From: the human T2T-CHM13v2.0 reference genome, Homo sapiens
DNA length: 64,000 nucleotides
Assembly: GCF_009914755.1 (NCBI RefSeq)
Contig: NC_060940.1
Strand: one strand, 5' to 3'
Part shown: piece after piece, positions 43,467 through 57,560 of the stretch
How the letters are laid out: every line of letters starts with the position of its first letter
Numbering within the stretch: the first letter of the stretch is position 1
Notes under the pieces: generated by a model
Databases searched by the model: none
Told to the model about the DNA's origin: nothing
The model's input: only the letters and a program-made list of their open reading frames with translations
Position numbers and translations under genes: made by a program

Positions 43467-43495
43467 TATGTTAGCTGTTAAGATCTGGTAAAGGA

Positions 43496-43849
<354 letters not shown>

Positions 43850-44159
43850 TTATCTAGAACAGGAAAAGAGGAGTTAATACCTAAGAAGGAAATGTCATCA
43901 TGGAAGGTGGAGATAGATGGAAGAATTTTTTTTTTTTTTTTTTAGGTGGAGGGATGAGATTGAACTATCAAAGCCTGGCTAAGAAAAAGCAAAATCCTTG
44001 ATGGAAATCTCTGGCACAGGGAAAATGAGCAGAACTGGCACCAAGGAAGCATTAGGAGAGAGAAGAAGATAGTGGGGAAGCAGAAAGGAACAGCAAAGGA
44101 GCGAGTATTTGCCATTGTCTTGAAGTCTGACTTCTTGGATAAAATACATACCCTAGATT

Positions 44160-44491
44160 AAGGGTTAGCAAACCATGGGCTGTGAGCCCAACCTGGACCA
44201 TTGCCTGTTTTTGTATAATCTTCGAGGTAAGAATGGTGTTTGCATTTATAACTGGCTGGAAACTTTTTTTAAAAAAAGAATAATATTTTGTGACCTGTAA
44301 AAATGATAGGAATTTAGTAAATACAGTATTACAGGAACATGGCCACAATCCTTCTTTGGTGTATTGTCAACGGATGCTTTTTCACGCTACAACAGCAGAA
44401 TTTTGAGCAGTTGCAGCAGAGATTGTAAGTTCTGCAACACCTAAAATATTTATTATCTGAGTGTTTACAGAAAAACATTTACCATTCCCTG
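44160..44491 (+). mobile_element. MER58B-like hAT-Charlie DNA transposon
   Basis: agggttagcaaac...gcctgtttttgta...cctaaaatatttattatctg...tttacagaaaaa...ccctg. Confidence 0.75.
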
Positions 44492-45230
44492 CCCGTGATG
44501 GGCAGAGCAGATGGCAATACACGGCTCTTTATTTGACTTCCGTATGTTTCAGGGATCTGCCTGTTTCTTAGCCACTACCAGAACTGCCCCACTCTCCTTT
44601 CACCTTGCTGTTTCTTCCACTATTTAAAGTTCCTGCATTACACCGTGAGCGTAATACCACATAATAGATGTTGAGTAGCCCGACATTTGCCATGAACCAT
44701 GTGCACTGCCACTGGGGAATGGAAAGACACACGACATAGTGTCGACCTTCTAGAGGAGGCTCCAAGAAGGAAGAATCACAGCTCAGCAATACTAGGTGCT
44801 TCCCATTTGGGAGAGCAGAACCTATGTTAAGAAAAAGAGGTTTTGTTTAGTAGTTGTTATTTATTTACAGGCTTTATGATTAGTGGAAGGTTTTGAACGA
44901 GGACGAAGTCAATACAACTTCAAAAACATAAGTACCGCAATCATACAGGACAATAATATATAAATACAAAATCAGAATCAGAGAATGTATGAGTAATGGT
45001 GATCGCGACTGGAGGTGGGAGGGACAGCCCTTATTTTCACACAAGATAAGGAAGATATTTGTAACTCAAGAACAGCAAAAGGTTATTGTATCATGGCGTT
45101 CTTAAGAAGAAAACAGAAAATATCCCCGGCACAAGGTATAACTATATATCTCTATCCTGTATGTAATATATCTCTTATTTCTATCCTACTAAAATCAGCA
45201 GATTCTTTTATATATAAGCATATATACACA

Positions 45231-45420
45231 CAGTCACGTGTCCCTTAACATTTGGCACTGGGTATGTTCTGAGAAACTGGTCAGGCAATCTTGTACTGAA
45301 TACTGTAGGTGATTGTATCTAAACATAGAAAAGGTACAGTAAAGTATAACATTATAATATAATCTGATGTGACCAGCATGATATATCCAATTTGTCATGG
45401 CCTGAAATGCCATTATATAT
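45231..45420. mobile_element. Tigger3-derived (Tigger3a/MER7-like) fragment
   Basis: cagtcacgtg...ttctgagaaa...atctaaacatagaaaaggtacagtaaa. Confidence 0.6.
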
Positions 45421-45421
45421 A

Positions 45422-45768
45422 CAGTCATCCCTCAATATGGTGGGAGATTGGTTCCAGGACCTCCCCTCAGATACCAAAATCTGCAGATGCTCAGTCCCTG
45501 ATATAAAATGGCCTAGGATTTGCATATAACCTATGCACATCTTCCCGTATACATATTAAATCGTCTTTAGATTACTTCTGAAGCCTAATACAATGTAAAT
45601 GCTGTGTAAATCATTGTTATACTCTATTGTTTAGGAAATAATGACAAGAACAAACAGTCTGTATATGTTCAGTGCAGGTGCAGAGGTTTTTTTTTTTTTT
45701 TTTTTTTCTGTTTTAGATGATCTGAGGTTGGTTGAATCTATGGATGTGGAACCCCAGAATATGGAGAG

Positions 45769-45772
<4 letters not shown>
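45422..45772. mobile_element. MER2 (opposite orientation to the copy at 8381)
   Basis: cagtcatccctc...ggttccaggacctcccctcagataccaaaatctgcagatgctca...ggttgaatctatggatgtggaaccc. Confidence 0.8.
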
Positions 45773-45846
<74 letters not shown>

Positions 45847-45848
45847 AA
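45772..45848 (+). repeat. Compound (TG)n(AG)n microsatellite
   Basis: Seen directly. Confidence 0.95.
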
Positions 45849-46929
45849 AGTTACATAAATACAATGGATCACTATCTTCTCTGCAGTTTCCAGCTACCTC
45901 TTCCTCAAGTTTGCTTATTGAAGCATTCTTGATTAAGAGTAAGGGGATATAGTTACCTCTCTTCTATGCTCAGGAAACTAAGAGTCTAAAGCTGTAAATT
46001 TGTTGCCTGAATGATGGAATTAAGTCTCCTGCCTTCTGGTCCAGTGGTCTTTCTATTTTACAACACTAAAGAGACAATTTGATCTGACACAGGCCTTACC
46101 TAAGTAAGTAAGAGCTCTCCCCTCCTGTTGATTGCTAAAGGAAAGCAGACGGGAGAGACACGTCCGTCTCACAGTGATGCTTCTGTCCTCCCCGGTAACT
46201 TCTCAGAAATGTGGTGTTGAAAGTCATCGTCAAAAGCTAAAGTTAGAAACAGTATCGGGCTGTTGAGTAAGAGGGGTCAGTGCGCAGCTGTTATGGGAGC
46301 TTTTTGAATTGTACAACGTGGCCACTTTGATGCATGAGAATCAATTACAGAGAAACCTTGTCAAGATGGCCAAAATTCAGCCTTAAATAATTGAATTCTC
46401 TGCGAAACCCTGTCCGCCGTCGTTATCTAGAAATGCAATTATGCAGCTAAATCAAGCAACTAAAATTAGTGTAGTGTAAAAACACCTTGGCTATCTGAAA
46501 GTGGAGGAATTGACATTTGGATTTAGAAAACGCCAATAGTTGGATATGTTTGGCGGTGTTTGAAGCTCTCTCCCAGTTTCAACAAAATCTATATCAAGTG
46601 TCCTGTTTAGAGTGAGCAGTGGAATGTGGCCAGTGAATGTTTCATTTTGAAGGTGATTTTCAGTGATTCCTGGGACTTGGGCATTATTTGAGTGGATTCA
46701 CTTCATCAGAACTTCATATTATTGCTTTCAAAATTGTGGAACTACACACACCCACATGTCTTTCTAATAAGAAGATTAGAAGACTGACAATTTGATTGTT
46801 ATCTGAGCCTTCAGTCTCAGGTCAAAGCCTTCAATCTGAAACCAAAGATGTGTCTGTACCAATCATCAGGAAAACAGGGAATACATGATAAAAGTGGCTA
46901 ATAGCTGCCGGTACTGCACACATCATGTT

Positions 46930-47090
46930 ATGGTTCTAGGACTTCATTTAATGATAACACAGCCTTTTGAAGTAGGGACTATTATTATCTCAGTTTTCCA
47001 AATGAGTGAACAGGGTTCAGAGAGGCTAAGTAACTTGTTCAAGATCACACAGCTAGTGATTATACTGACACCCAAGTCAGTATAATTCCA
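46930..47090 (-). mobile_element. MIR
   Basis: ggttcagagaggctaagtaacttgttcaagatcacacagctag. Confidence 0.75.
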
Positions 47091-47429
47091 ATTATATTAA
47101 TTAATATATTAATTCAATTGGAATTAATTCCAATTCATGTCATCCCCTAGGAATTTATCTGCTCCTATGTAACATATCCCAAATGATTGCTTGGGTATTT
47201 TCAAACACCAGAAAGATTTCAAATCTGTGCTTGAATGTATTTTTTATCCATAGTTTTGGTGCTTGTTAGCTATGCCTTGAAACTCTGAGAACAAGAAGAC
47301 ATCTCTTGTTAATGTATTGCATATTAATATATCACAGATGAAAGCTCAAAATAAAGAATGTCGTTAAAAACACAAAATAAAAGGCATAGAAAATGTTATT
47401 ACAGACTGAAATACAGCAGTGAAAACAGT

Positions 47430-47660
47430 GTTGTGGTTAGGAATCGGGCTCTGGAATGTGTTTGTAGCTTCGCACTGCCTTGTACGAGCTATGTGACCAT
47501 GAGCAAACCATTTAACTAGTATCAGCCCTGTTTCCCATTTGTTATATGGGACTGATAATAGTACTGACTTCAGAGACTTGTTGTGAGAATGAAATTACAT
47601 AACACGTGTAAATAATTTAACTCTGTCTCTCTGCGTAGCACACATTGTGCAAATACAAGC
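47430..47660 (+). mobile_element. MIR
   Basis: agctatgtgaccatgagcaaacc...ttgttgtgagaatgaaat. Confidence 0.65.
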
Positions 47661-48049
47661 TGGCTGGTAGTTTTATCTTATTTACAAATTGCCACTTTAA
47701 ATTTGAAATCAGAGAGAGAGCGGGAGGAAAACTAGACTGAATATCTTCTTATTTTTTTTCTATCAGTGCCAAACGTTGCCCACATTAACCTGCTGGATTT
47801 GAATTTTAACTCGGAGGCGATAATCACATTAATTTACATTTCTCAGTTTATTTTTCCCTAAAAATCCCATGTAGACCCCATCCCTTGCTCTTTTGGCCAA
47901 ATTCAGTAGGATGAGCTTATATCTCATAGCCTGGTTCCCTCTGTCACTTGGTCTCTTGGTCTCTCTCTCTGTCTCTCTCTCTCTCTGAGAACTAAATTAA
48001 TGAAGAGTATTTGGTTAGTCATGTTAGGCAAGCTGTTCCCAAAATAGCA

Positions 48050-48417
<368 letters not shown>

Positions 48418-51400
48418 TAACTCCAGAGTGCTCAGAGTAATAATTGGAATTTTTATGGTTGAGAAAGCAAACACTTTTAATACAGGAAAAAGCCCTCGCG
48501 TAGTCAGTGAGAAGACAGTAGGAAATCAAAAAGATGGATCACCCTAATCTAGCTATCGACATCTCTCATGGCTGAATAAATGGTGTAGTTGAGCTATATT
48601 TGCTTGTATTGATCTGACTGCTATTTAACATTCATGTCTTAGCTTCAGGAGGTTGACCACGGGGCAAAGGATTTGCTCTCCTTCTCAGCTTTCTGAGGGA
48701 CTCAGTCTCCCAGAGCAGATCATGAGACAAAGTAACTTATCATGAGGTGACTCAGTTAAGAGCTTTAACCCAGGAAATGAAAGGAGCATGAAATATGCAT
48801 TAATTCATAGGACGCCTCCACACGGATTGTCTATTTTCAGAGAAGGCTCTCCCCACCTGAATTTGAGTGGTGGCACTGAGGCAAGAAGGAACACTCTATT
48901 GATGGGTAATTTATGAAGCTCAGAGATTATTCTAGGAATCCCTTGCCAGATGTGTACATCTTAATGATGGCAAGAAAGTGGAGGGTTGATATGTGTGCTG
49001 GTTTTACTTTGAAGTCTTTTAATTCTGTGCAGAGAGGATTAATCTACCAATAAACAATTGGGGACCTTTTTTTTTCCCCCTCATCATAAGGTTTTCTTTG
49101 CAAGCAGGTATTGCCTTCCGCGTTTATGTCTGAAGTTCTCCGTTGAAAGCTAACATCTACTAGCGATAGAACCCACAGATCATAGAAATCCAAGGTGGCT
49201 TTTTGTTGTTATAATTAGTTTTTTGAGTATAATCATCCCTTTGCAATAAATTCTGTATCTCCTTTCTACAGAAAAGGAAAACAAAATATATTTAGGTACG
49301 TCCTTTCACCTTTACTCCTGTGCCTCCCTCTGTCCCCTCCAGCCCCTCATAGTTAAAAACTATATGATACCCTAGCTCATTAATTACAATTTCTGGGAAC
49401 CATTCTGGTCACTTTTCCCCCTACCTCTTCTGAACTTTGCTGTTACCTTTTGTTAAGTGTACGAACCTGGGTGATTAGAGTCATCTGGGGGTGATTCCAA
49501 GTCACAACAAAACATTCTCTCTTTTTGGATTTATGGCCGTTCCTCTGTTTGGAAGCTTTTCTCTGTATTACCTGTTATAAACAAATGGGTCATCTGGAGA
49601 ACGGTCCTTTGCAGCGTGGAACTTGTTGCGTCTTCCCTGGTATACACAGGCCGGTATGATAAGGTTGCCATTTCTGAAGTAGGGCTCAGTGGCAACTTAG
49701 AAAGTTAACAGGCCTGTTGCTGCTACTGGAAACGTGGGGTGAAGGTCGGCTGTTGGAGCTTTGTCAGACCCTCTGCCGACCCATCTGATAAATAATTACA
49801 GGCAAATCGTGGCCTTCACTCTATGCTGATTGATGCTGAAATTGCTTTTGAAAGTTCTCATAAGTTCCTGTTATAGATTAAGTGCCGGTGTAGGAAAAAT
49901 AACGGCACCCACTGAAATGGGTGAATGTAATCAGGTTTAATGGACTCCAGAGCTTGTTGGGAATTAAATAACTATCGATTTGTTGGAATGTTGCTGTCAT
50001 TACGAAATGCCACTCTGGACGTATTACCCCAGTGATAGATGAGAAGATGCAAGGGCCAGCTGAGAAATTGGGGAGGCCCTATTTCTTCCTCCTTTGCAGA
50101 GCATTTGAGAAACATAGCCAGTTATTTTTGGAAAGAACAAGTGGTCTTACTTGTAAATCTTAGCCTGATCATACTGTGTTTTTCCAAGCGACACCTCTGG
50201 TAACTAGTTACCCATAAGTTAGGAGAGCAGTTTAGTGAGGAGCCTCTAGACCAGCTGCTGTGATATGTGTTATCTCCTTTCTTTCTCACTGCTGTGGAAT
50301 GCACTGGAAAGCTAACACACAGAGAGAAACTGGCTTTACTTATGGTTTGCTGAGACAGCCCATGTTATTTACCCTTTGGCATCAAGTAGCTAAAATCACC
50401 CCAGTGCAGTAATATTTGCAAGGGGAGAAAGGGCAGTGCAAAGGGAGAAAAAACTGTATCACTCACAGATGCTCAGCTCTGAGCCGATGTTTCTGCTGCC
50501 AGCTGTCCTGCATTGCTGCAGACTCCACTTGCTCACTAGTTTCTTGACCTTATGGGTTTCTTCCTCACTCAGGAGGCAAAGTATTTCCTCTAGGGAATTA
50601 AGGTTCTATCACCACCTAAATATGTCATTGGCAAGATGTTAAAATGAGCCAAAATAAACCATGTGTACTCCATCACTGGGAGTAATTTCTCTGTGACTGG
50701 AGATGTTGAAACAGAGTTCATAGTGTCCACTTGGAAGGATTGTTGTATTATAGTTGGAGATTACTTTTCAAGGTCTTTCCAACCTCAAGAGATTTTGTGG
50801 CAGAGTGCTCCCTTTTCATATTTTCAAGAGTCATTTTGAAAATTCAGACCAGCATCGCCCTGTTTTAGTTGCCTCAGATAAAGAAAAAAAAAAAAAAAAA
50901 AAAAAAACCAAGTGATTTACCAGTCATTTGGTGTGCCAGACTTTAAGACGGCATCCACCTAATCCTGCAAAGGCAGTGGATGGAGGTATTTACTGATAGC
51001 TTCAGGAAAGTTACTCATACAGGATCTTTTATTCCAAGCAATAATTGATAGTTATCATCTGCCCTACCCTTCCTCCTTTAGGAAAATCAGAATCTTTATC
51101 ATATTGGATCTCCTGAACCCATTATTTTATGTCTACACTTGTTGTGTGTAGCCAAATAGAGAGTTTTTCCCTCCAGCCAGGTAGAGAATGACAGAATGAC
51201 TATGGAGAATTCAGCTGAACCTGTCTGGACTGTCTCATGTGCAGAAAAAGCAGAGAGGAAAGGATAAGAGTAGTATTCCCAAGTGCATTGTACAAATATT
51301 GGCTGCTTTCCCCCTTGATAGAGATCCCGATGTTGATATCTTTGGATAAGAAGAACCAATGTACTACTTAACACTACTTATTTCTGAATTTCTAGTGATG

Positions 51401-52054
51401 CCTTGAATGATCAGTGAATTGTCTGACCTGGTAACACAGGAGCCTCAGTCACTTGCCCAAGTCAGCCTCGAGTCCAGAAGCTACTCAGAGGTCTTAGCCA
51501 AGCCATGGACCATGGCCAAATGACATAACCAAAACAACAGCTTTGTAACTGGTTAGGCTATTTGGTTAGTGTTTGGGTCTAATGTGTTGGCTCTGGGCTG
51601 CAAGTGTGGACCCTCACCCCTCAATCTAGGTATCTACCTCATAGATATGCCCTTGGGCCATACATGGCCAAGTCACTTTCACTATTGGACAAATCGTTCC
51701 CATTTCATCCAGGTCTGACAGATGATGAGTCAGCAGATTATTTTCCTGGATGGTTGATGGTGTAAATAGAGCCATATTCACCTCATCATGCATTTGTTCC
51801 TTCAGTTATCCATTCACTGTATACTCAACCTATAACAAAAGTGACAGTCATAGCCACTGAACTGTGGGTTCACAATCTAGTGGAAGAACTAGTAGGTAAA
51901 CCCCAACTATAAGACTATAATGAAGTCAGAGGGAGGAAATGATAGGTAATGATTGTTGAACACAATATTGTCATGTGCCAGGCTCTGTGCTAAACACTTA
52001 GATTTAGGATCTCAATTTATTTTTATAATAAACGTAATGCAATTGGGCAGTATT

Positions 52055-52390
52055 TGTCCACCTTCCTATATCTGTAATTGTAAATTCCAAAAAGCTCTGA
52101 AAATCAATTTCTTTTGGAAGTTGGGCACCAAAGCTCATTTAGGAACAGAAACTTGACCTGAAATGATGTGTAGCTATTTATAGACTTTCTTTATCCCAGC
52201 TAATGTAAATATTCATGTATTTTGCTGTAGGAATATTTATGTGTTTGATTTTCAGGGTGTTGTCCTAGACCCCGCTGAGGGCTTTACATAATCAGCATTT
52301 CCACTGAAATAACTTTCTGAAAAAGCCCCCAAAATCTGATTTTCAAAATGCTGGTGACTCCAACGGGTCTTAGGTAAGAAATTGCAGTCA
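52055..52390. mobile_element. MER46C-like Tigger DNA transposon inserted in a MIR (MIR halves at about 51950-52050 and 52395-52540)
   Basis: ttccaaaaagctctgaaaatc...aaagctcattt...acttgacctgaaatgatgtgtagctatttatag matches my recollection of MER46C. Confidence 0.65.
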
Positions 52391-52890
52391 TGCCTTTAAT
52401 TCCCCTTTGCCTATGGAGAACCTAAAACCTACACTTAGACAAAGCTAGGTAGCCCAAGGTCACAAAGAATGCGAGTGGTATAGCTGGGATTTGGACTGGA
52501 TTTGTTGAACCAGGGTCTTTTATCCACCAAGCTACCCTCTAGGTTGAGGTATTCAGGCAGGGTGGCTTATGAAAACACAGGAAAGGAAGTAACCCAGTGC
52601 CTCTTAGAGTCGGGAAGAGGGTGGTTTCAAAGGAAGGGAACTGGTATTTGAGTTGGGCTGTGAAGCATTAGTAGGCATTCACAGGACAAAAAATAATAAT
52701 ACGACTTGTTTAGTAGAGCAGAGAACTTGGGTGAATTCATGGAGTTGGCTTGTGATACTGAGATAGAGCCTTGGCGTCTTTTCCAACTTACTGCCACTGT
52801 AGGATGTGACGATGTTTAAACATAGATCTCAAGAGTGAAAAAACATAGGTCAAAAGGAGCTGGGAGGAATCTCAACAATGGAACTCCTAA

Positions 52891-53280
<390 letters not shown>

Positions 53281-53339
53281 TAGGGCTGGTGAATGTTTAA
53301 TTTTCTGGGTTTGTGCATCATTTACCATTCCTTTCTCTT

Positions 53340-53512
53340 TTAAAGTATTATTTTATTTTTGTAAGTTCCAGGGTACATGTGCAGGGTGTGCAGGTTTGTT
53401 ACATAGGTAAAGGAGTGCCATGGTTGTTTGCTGCACCTATTAACCCATCACCGATGTATTTAGCCCAGGGTGCATTAACTGTTTTCCCTAATGCTCTCCC
53501 CACCCCCACCTA
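53340..53512 (-). mobile_element. Short L1PA/L1PB 3' UTR fragment
   Basis: gttccagggtacatgtgcagggtgtgcaggtttgttacataggtaaa. Confidence 0.85.
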
Positions 53513-53689
53513 AGCATGGCAATTATCATTTACCGTTTCTATGCCTTCTTTTCTCTCTGAGATGGTAAGCTCTCAGAGGGCTGAGATTTTTCCAGCCTAA
53601 ACTTTCTATAGCTAGACAGTGGCAGAAAAATGCCAATGTATGCCTCTCTGACGTGGATAGCAATGGTTTAAAGAAACCCTATACTCCAT

Positions 53690-53928
53690 GTTTTTATTTT
53701 TATTTCTTTTAGAGAAAGGGTCTCACTCTGTCACTCAGACTGGAGTGCAGTGGTGCAATCATAGCTCACTGTAGCCTCGAACTCCTGGTCTCAAGTAATC
53801 CTCAGCCTCCTGAGTAGCTGGAACTACAGACATGTACCACTATGCTCAGCTTTTTTAAAAAAAATTCTTTTGTAGAGATGAGGTCTCATTATGTTGGCCA
53901 GCCTGGTCTCAAACTCCTGGTCTCAGCC
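53690..53928 (-). mobile_element. AluJ, 5'-truncated
   Basis: gcaatcatagctcactgtagcctcgaactcctgg; tttgtagagatgaggtctc. Confidence 0.85.
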
Positions 53929-54739
53929 ACACACACTGTATTTTGAAGCAGAAACCAGCGTATGTATTTTATGAGACATCTACATACCTATATGTAGTAA
54001 CAATGCAAATTATAGAAACATCGGCCTTAACAATGGACAGAGAGTAACCATCCTTATAGAAAGATAAAGAAATCTATAAAGAACTTACAAGTAATTTGGG
54101 TAAGTTTCTGGTTGAACTTGAAAAACAACAGCTTGTTTGGCTCTGTGGCTGGCATTTCAGGTCTTGATATTGCTGCCCTGCGATTTTATCTCCATGTTTG
54201 GAATGTCTGTTGATTGGGAAAGACATCAGCATGCACACCTGATATAAATGCTGGTGGCGTCATTTACTCTGAGGCTGCTCCATCTTAGTCACTAAGCGGA
54301 CTTTTCTGTACTGCCAAAGAGGCCATGTCAACAGCGGACTAAATTAAAGAGTCAGGGAGGTGGCAGAGAGAATTTGGAGTCAAACAGGTCCAGGTTGATA
54401 TATAGGCTCTGGCATTTACTAAGCCTGTGGCCTGAGGCTTGTCAATTAACCTCACCAAGCCTCAGTTTTCTAGGCTGCAAAACAAAAGCAGGAAGGCCTA
54501 GCTTGCAAAGTCACTGTGAGTTTTCAGTGTGATTCATCATGTGTTTATTCAGCAATTATCTATTGAGCACCTACTGTGTGCCAGGCTGTGAACTAGGACT
54601 AGGTGATGTGGTAGAATAGAACACACTCTAGATCTCTTCCAACAGGAAGTTGATATTCTAACACATGGGAAAAGCTAGCATATAAAGTATGTTTATTCTG
54701 TATTATTCTGGAGAGAGAAGGAGAGAGGAAAGATATTTA

Positions 54740-55037
54740 TGTATTATTATTATTTTGTGACGGAATCTTGCTCTGTAGCCCAGGCTGTAGTGCAGTGGCA
54801 TGATCTCAGCTCACTGCACCTCCACCTGCCAAGTTCAAGTGATTCTCCTGCTTCAGCCTCCTGAGTATCTGGGACCGTGGGCATGCACCACCACAACCAG
54901 CTTATTTTTGTATTTTTAGTAAAGACAGGGTTTCACCATGTTGGCTGGGCTGGTCTTGAACTCCTGACCTCAGGTGATCCGCCCACTTCAGCCTCCCAAA
55001 ATGCTGGGATTACAGGTGCAAGCCACTGTGCCTGGCC
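54740..55037 (-). mobile_element. AluSx-like
   Basis: Full dimer; TSD gaaagatattt on both sides. Confidence 0.93.
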
Positions 55038-55049
55038 AGAAAGATATTT

Positions 55050-55520
55050 GTTAAGAATTCTTTTGTCTGCGATGAAGAAAATTCTAAGTCCTATTGGTTA
55101 AAGGGGGAAAAAAAGCATCTAGCTCCAGCTTCAGGCACTATTGAATTCAGGAATTTTGACAAGCCAAGGGCTGTCACTCTCCACCTCTCCACAGTGGTTA
55201 TCTCTACTTGATCCTCACTCACAAGCACACCATGTCCAAGTGGTGGAAAAGATGGTTCTTGGCAACTCCAAGCTTACATCTCATCTCCTTTTAGAAATTC
55301 TCTTCCCAACTATTCCAGCAAGAATTCCAGATTGCAGTCTCATTGGTAGATCTTATAGTCCATGCACATCTCCAAATCAATCATCTAATCTCTGGTTGCC
55401 CACTTTAGAGCCAGAGGGCAGGGTCAGCCCCAAGAAAGCTGCATAGACTATGAACGGAGGCCAGATCAGGGACCTCTTACCAAAATGTGTTGGTGGATAA
55501 GCAAAATCTAGGTTCTTGTT
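55050..55520. mobile_element. Old MaLR LTR (MLT1-like)
   Basis: gcttcaggcac...aagatggttcttggcaactccaagcttacatc...tctcattgg...caaatca resembles MLT1. Confidence 0.5.
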
Positions 55521-56989
55521 ATCAACAACAATTATAGTTAAAGCTGTCACAGACATTCAAACCTGTGCTTTCTCCCCCATAACTTTGCACACACCATCCC
55601 CTGGGGAGCAAGTGGTGGGTTTCAGATCTTAATTATCCTGATCACTTGTTGCCATTGATCATATTTACTAGGTAGTTTTATTGCCTTCCACTTCACTTGG
55701 CTTCTCCATTCATGATCAGATTTGCCAAAGGCAGGGATGGCTGTTTTACCTGGTATCTTCTCCGTTGCACTAATTACAGTCATGTCTTCCACTCGTGTAT
55801 TTGGGATATTCCAACTCTTTTTACAGACTAGTAAGTCACAACCTAGGGAAGTCAAGACAGTCCAACCAGGACATCCAACAACACAATAATCAGTGCAAGA
55901 TTGTGTTTCTCAGATTCATGATCCATGCAGCCACACCACTTCTCTTCACATCAGTGATGCATAAATAAATATATTAAAAAGAGCAAACAGAGCCTTCCAG
56001 TTATTAACTTTGTCATGACGTAGACCTCCCATCATTCCAAAGCACTCGAAGATGCTAGTGACTTGTCCTATTCTGTTTTATATAAATTCACTTTTTTAAA
56101 TTAAGAGATTAAAGGGACACTGTCAATCTCTTCTGATTAATATCAGTCCTATAAAAAGGGTGTCTTGCTGCAGCAGCCATCTGTCATTTTGATCATTTTA
56201 AAGGCATGCTATATCAGCAACTATGCTTTTTATAATACGTTGGCACAGGGCAGGGAGGGTTGGAAGACCTACGGATTTCACACTCTCTGCTGCTGCTTTG
56301 GTGTTCGGCAATGTGAGCTTTTGATGGTGGAGCAGAGTCCCCTCCCTGTCTTTTAAAGGTTGTTTTGGGTAAGTGCTTTTCCTGGGTGATTTATGATGGA
56401 GATACTCACCCCTATTTATGTTTTTCCCCCGTCTAAAGATAGACCTCTCACACACACATCCCACCAGCTTGCAAGGAGCCAGCATGTTCACTTGATTCAC
56501 TGCTGAGCCCTAAGAGATGCCCAGAAACATTGAACTCAATACTCTGAAGGTCTTTTCCTCTGAGCAACCGAGACCATTATCTTCAGCAATGGTCACTGTC
56601 TAGATTGAGCTTTTCAGGCTTGTAAAACCAGGAGGCAAAGGCTCCATGAAACTCATTCATTTATTAAGATAATGATTTATCAATCATAGATTTCGTGACT
56701 GTTGTCTTGCAAGCTCTGGAGGTATTGGGATGATCAAGTCCCAGTCTCCGTCCTCAGAGGTTGCGTAGGGGGGCCATGCCATTCGCAGTAGAGTCAGAGG
56801 TTAAGCACAACTGTTTGAAGATAGAACTCTTGAGTCTCCACCCCACTGACCGACTCAGTATGACGTCTTCATTGCTGTCAGTGGTCTGACACTCAAGACA
56901 GGTTTATGCACAGTCCAAAGAAGATGGCTTCCTACAGAGAGATACTCCAAATGACAGAGTTCCTGCTACATTTCAGAGAACAATGGTCC

Positions 56990-57131
56990 TACCTTCCTTC
57001 CTTCCTTCCTTCCTTCCCTCCCTCCCTCCCTCCTTCCCTCCCTCCCTCCCTCCTTCCCTCCTTCCCTCCCTCCCTCCTTCCTTCCTTCCTTCCTTCCTTC
57101 CTTCCTTCCTTCCTTCCTTCCTTCCTTCCTT
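56990..57131 (+). repeat. (CCTT)n/(CCCT)n polypyrimidine repeat
   Basis: Seen directly. Confidence 0.95.
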
Positions 57132-57399
57132 TTTGAGGTGGGAAGATGACAGCAGGAGCTCCTGCCCCCGGCCCCCTTCCCACCTTGCATCCAACTTAGA
57201 CTAAAGTAATAGAGTTCAACACACCCACTGCTGTGGGAGAAGGTGTTGCTTGGCCATTCCTTCTCTTCTGCTCTTTAATCTGTATTGGCTCCTGGAGGAG
57301 GGGAGAATTGCAGTGAGGAGGGGGATCACTTGTTCATTCCACATTGTTCTCAGGAACTGCTCTCTGAAGACCTATTTCTTCTTATTTCCTGAGGCAGCA

Positions 57400-57560
57400 C
57401 AGTTAAATTTGAAAAGAACAGGATTTACAACAAGGAAACCTGAGTCTGGCCATTACTCTCTCTGTGTTACTCTTGGTAAGTTGCTTGACCTCTCTGAACC
57501 TCCACTTCCTCATCTGTAAAATGGGAGTAATACCAAGTGTACTCTACTCACAAGGCCTTT
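57400..57560 (+). mobile_element. MIR
   Basis: ggtaagttgcttgacctctctgaacctccacttcctcatctgtaaaatggg. Confidence 0.8.

Noticed and set aside
47083-47136. Short AT-rich imperfect palindrome (aattccaatt...aattggaatt)
   Set aside because: Short, low-complexity and at a MIR edge; no support for function.
56906-57204. EGRK / PSFL repeat ORFs
   Set aside because: Translations of the (CCTT)n microsatellite.
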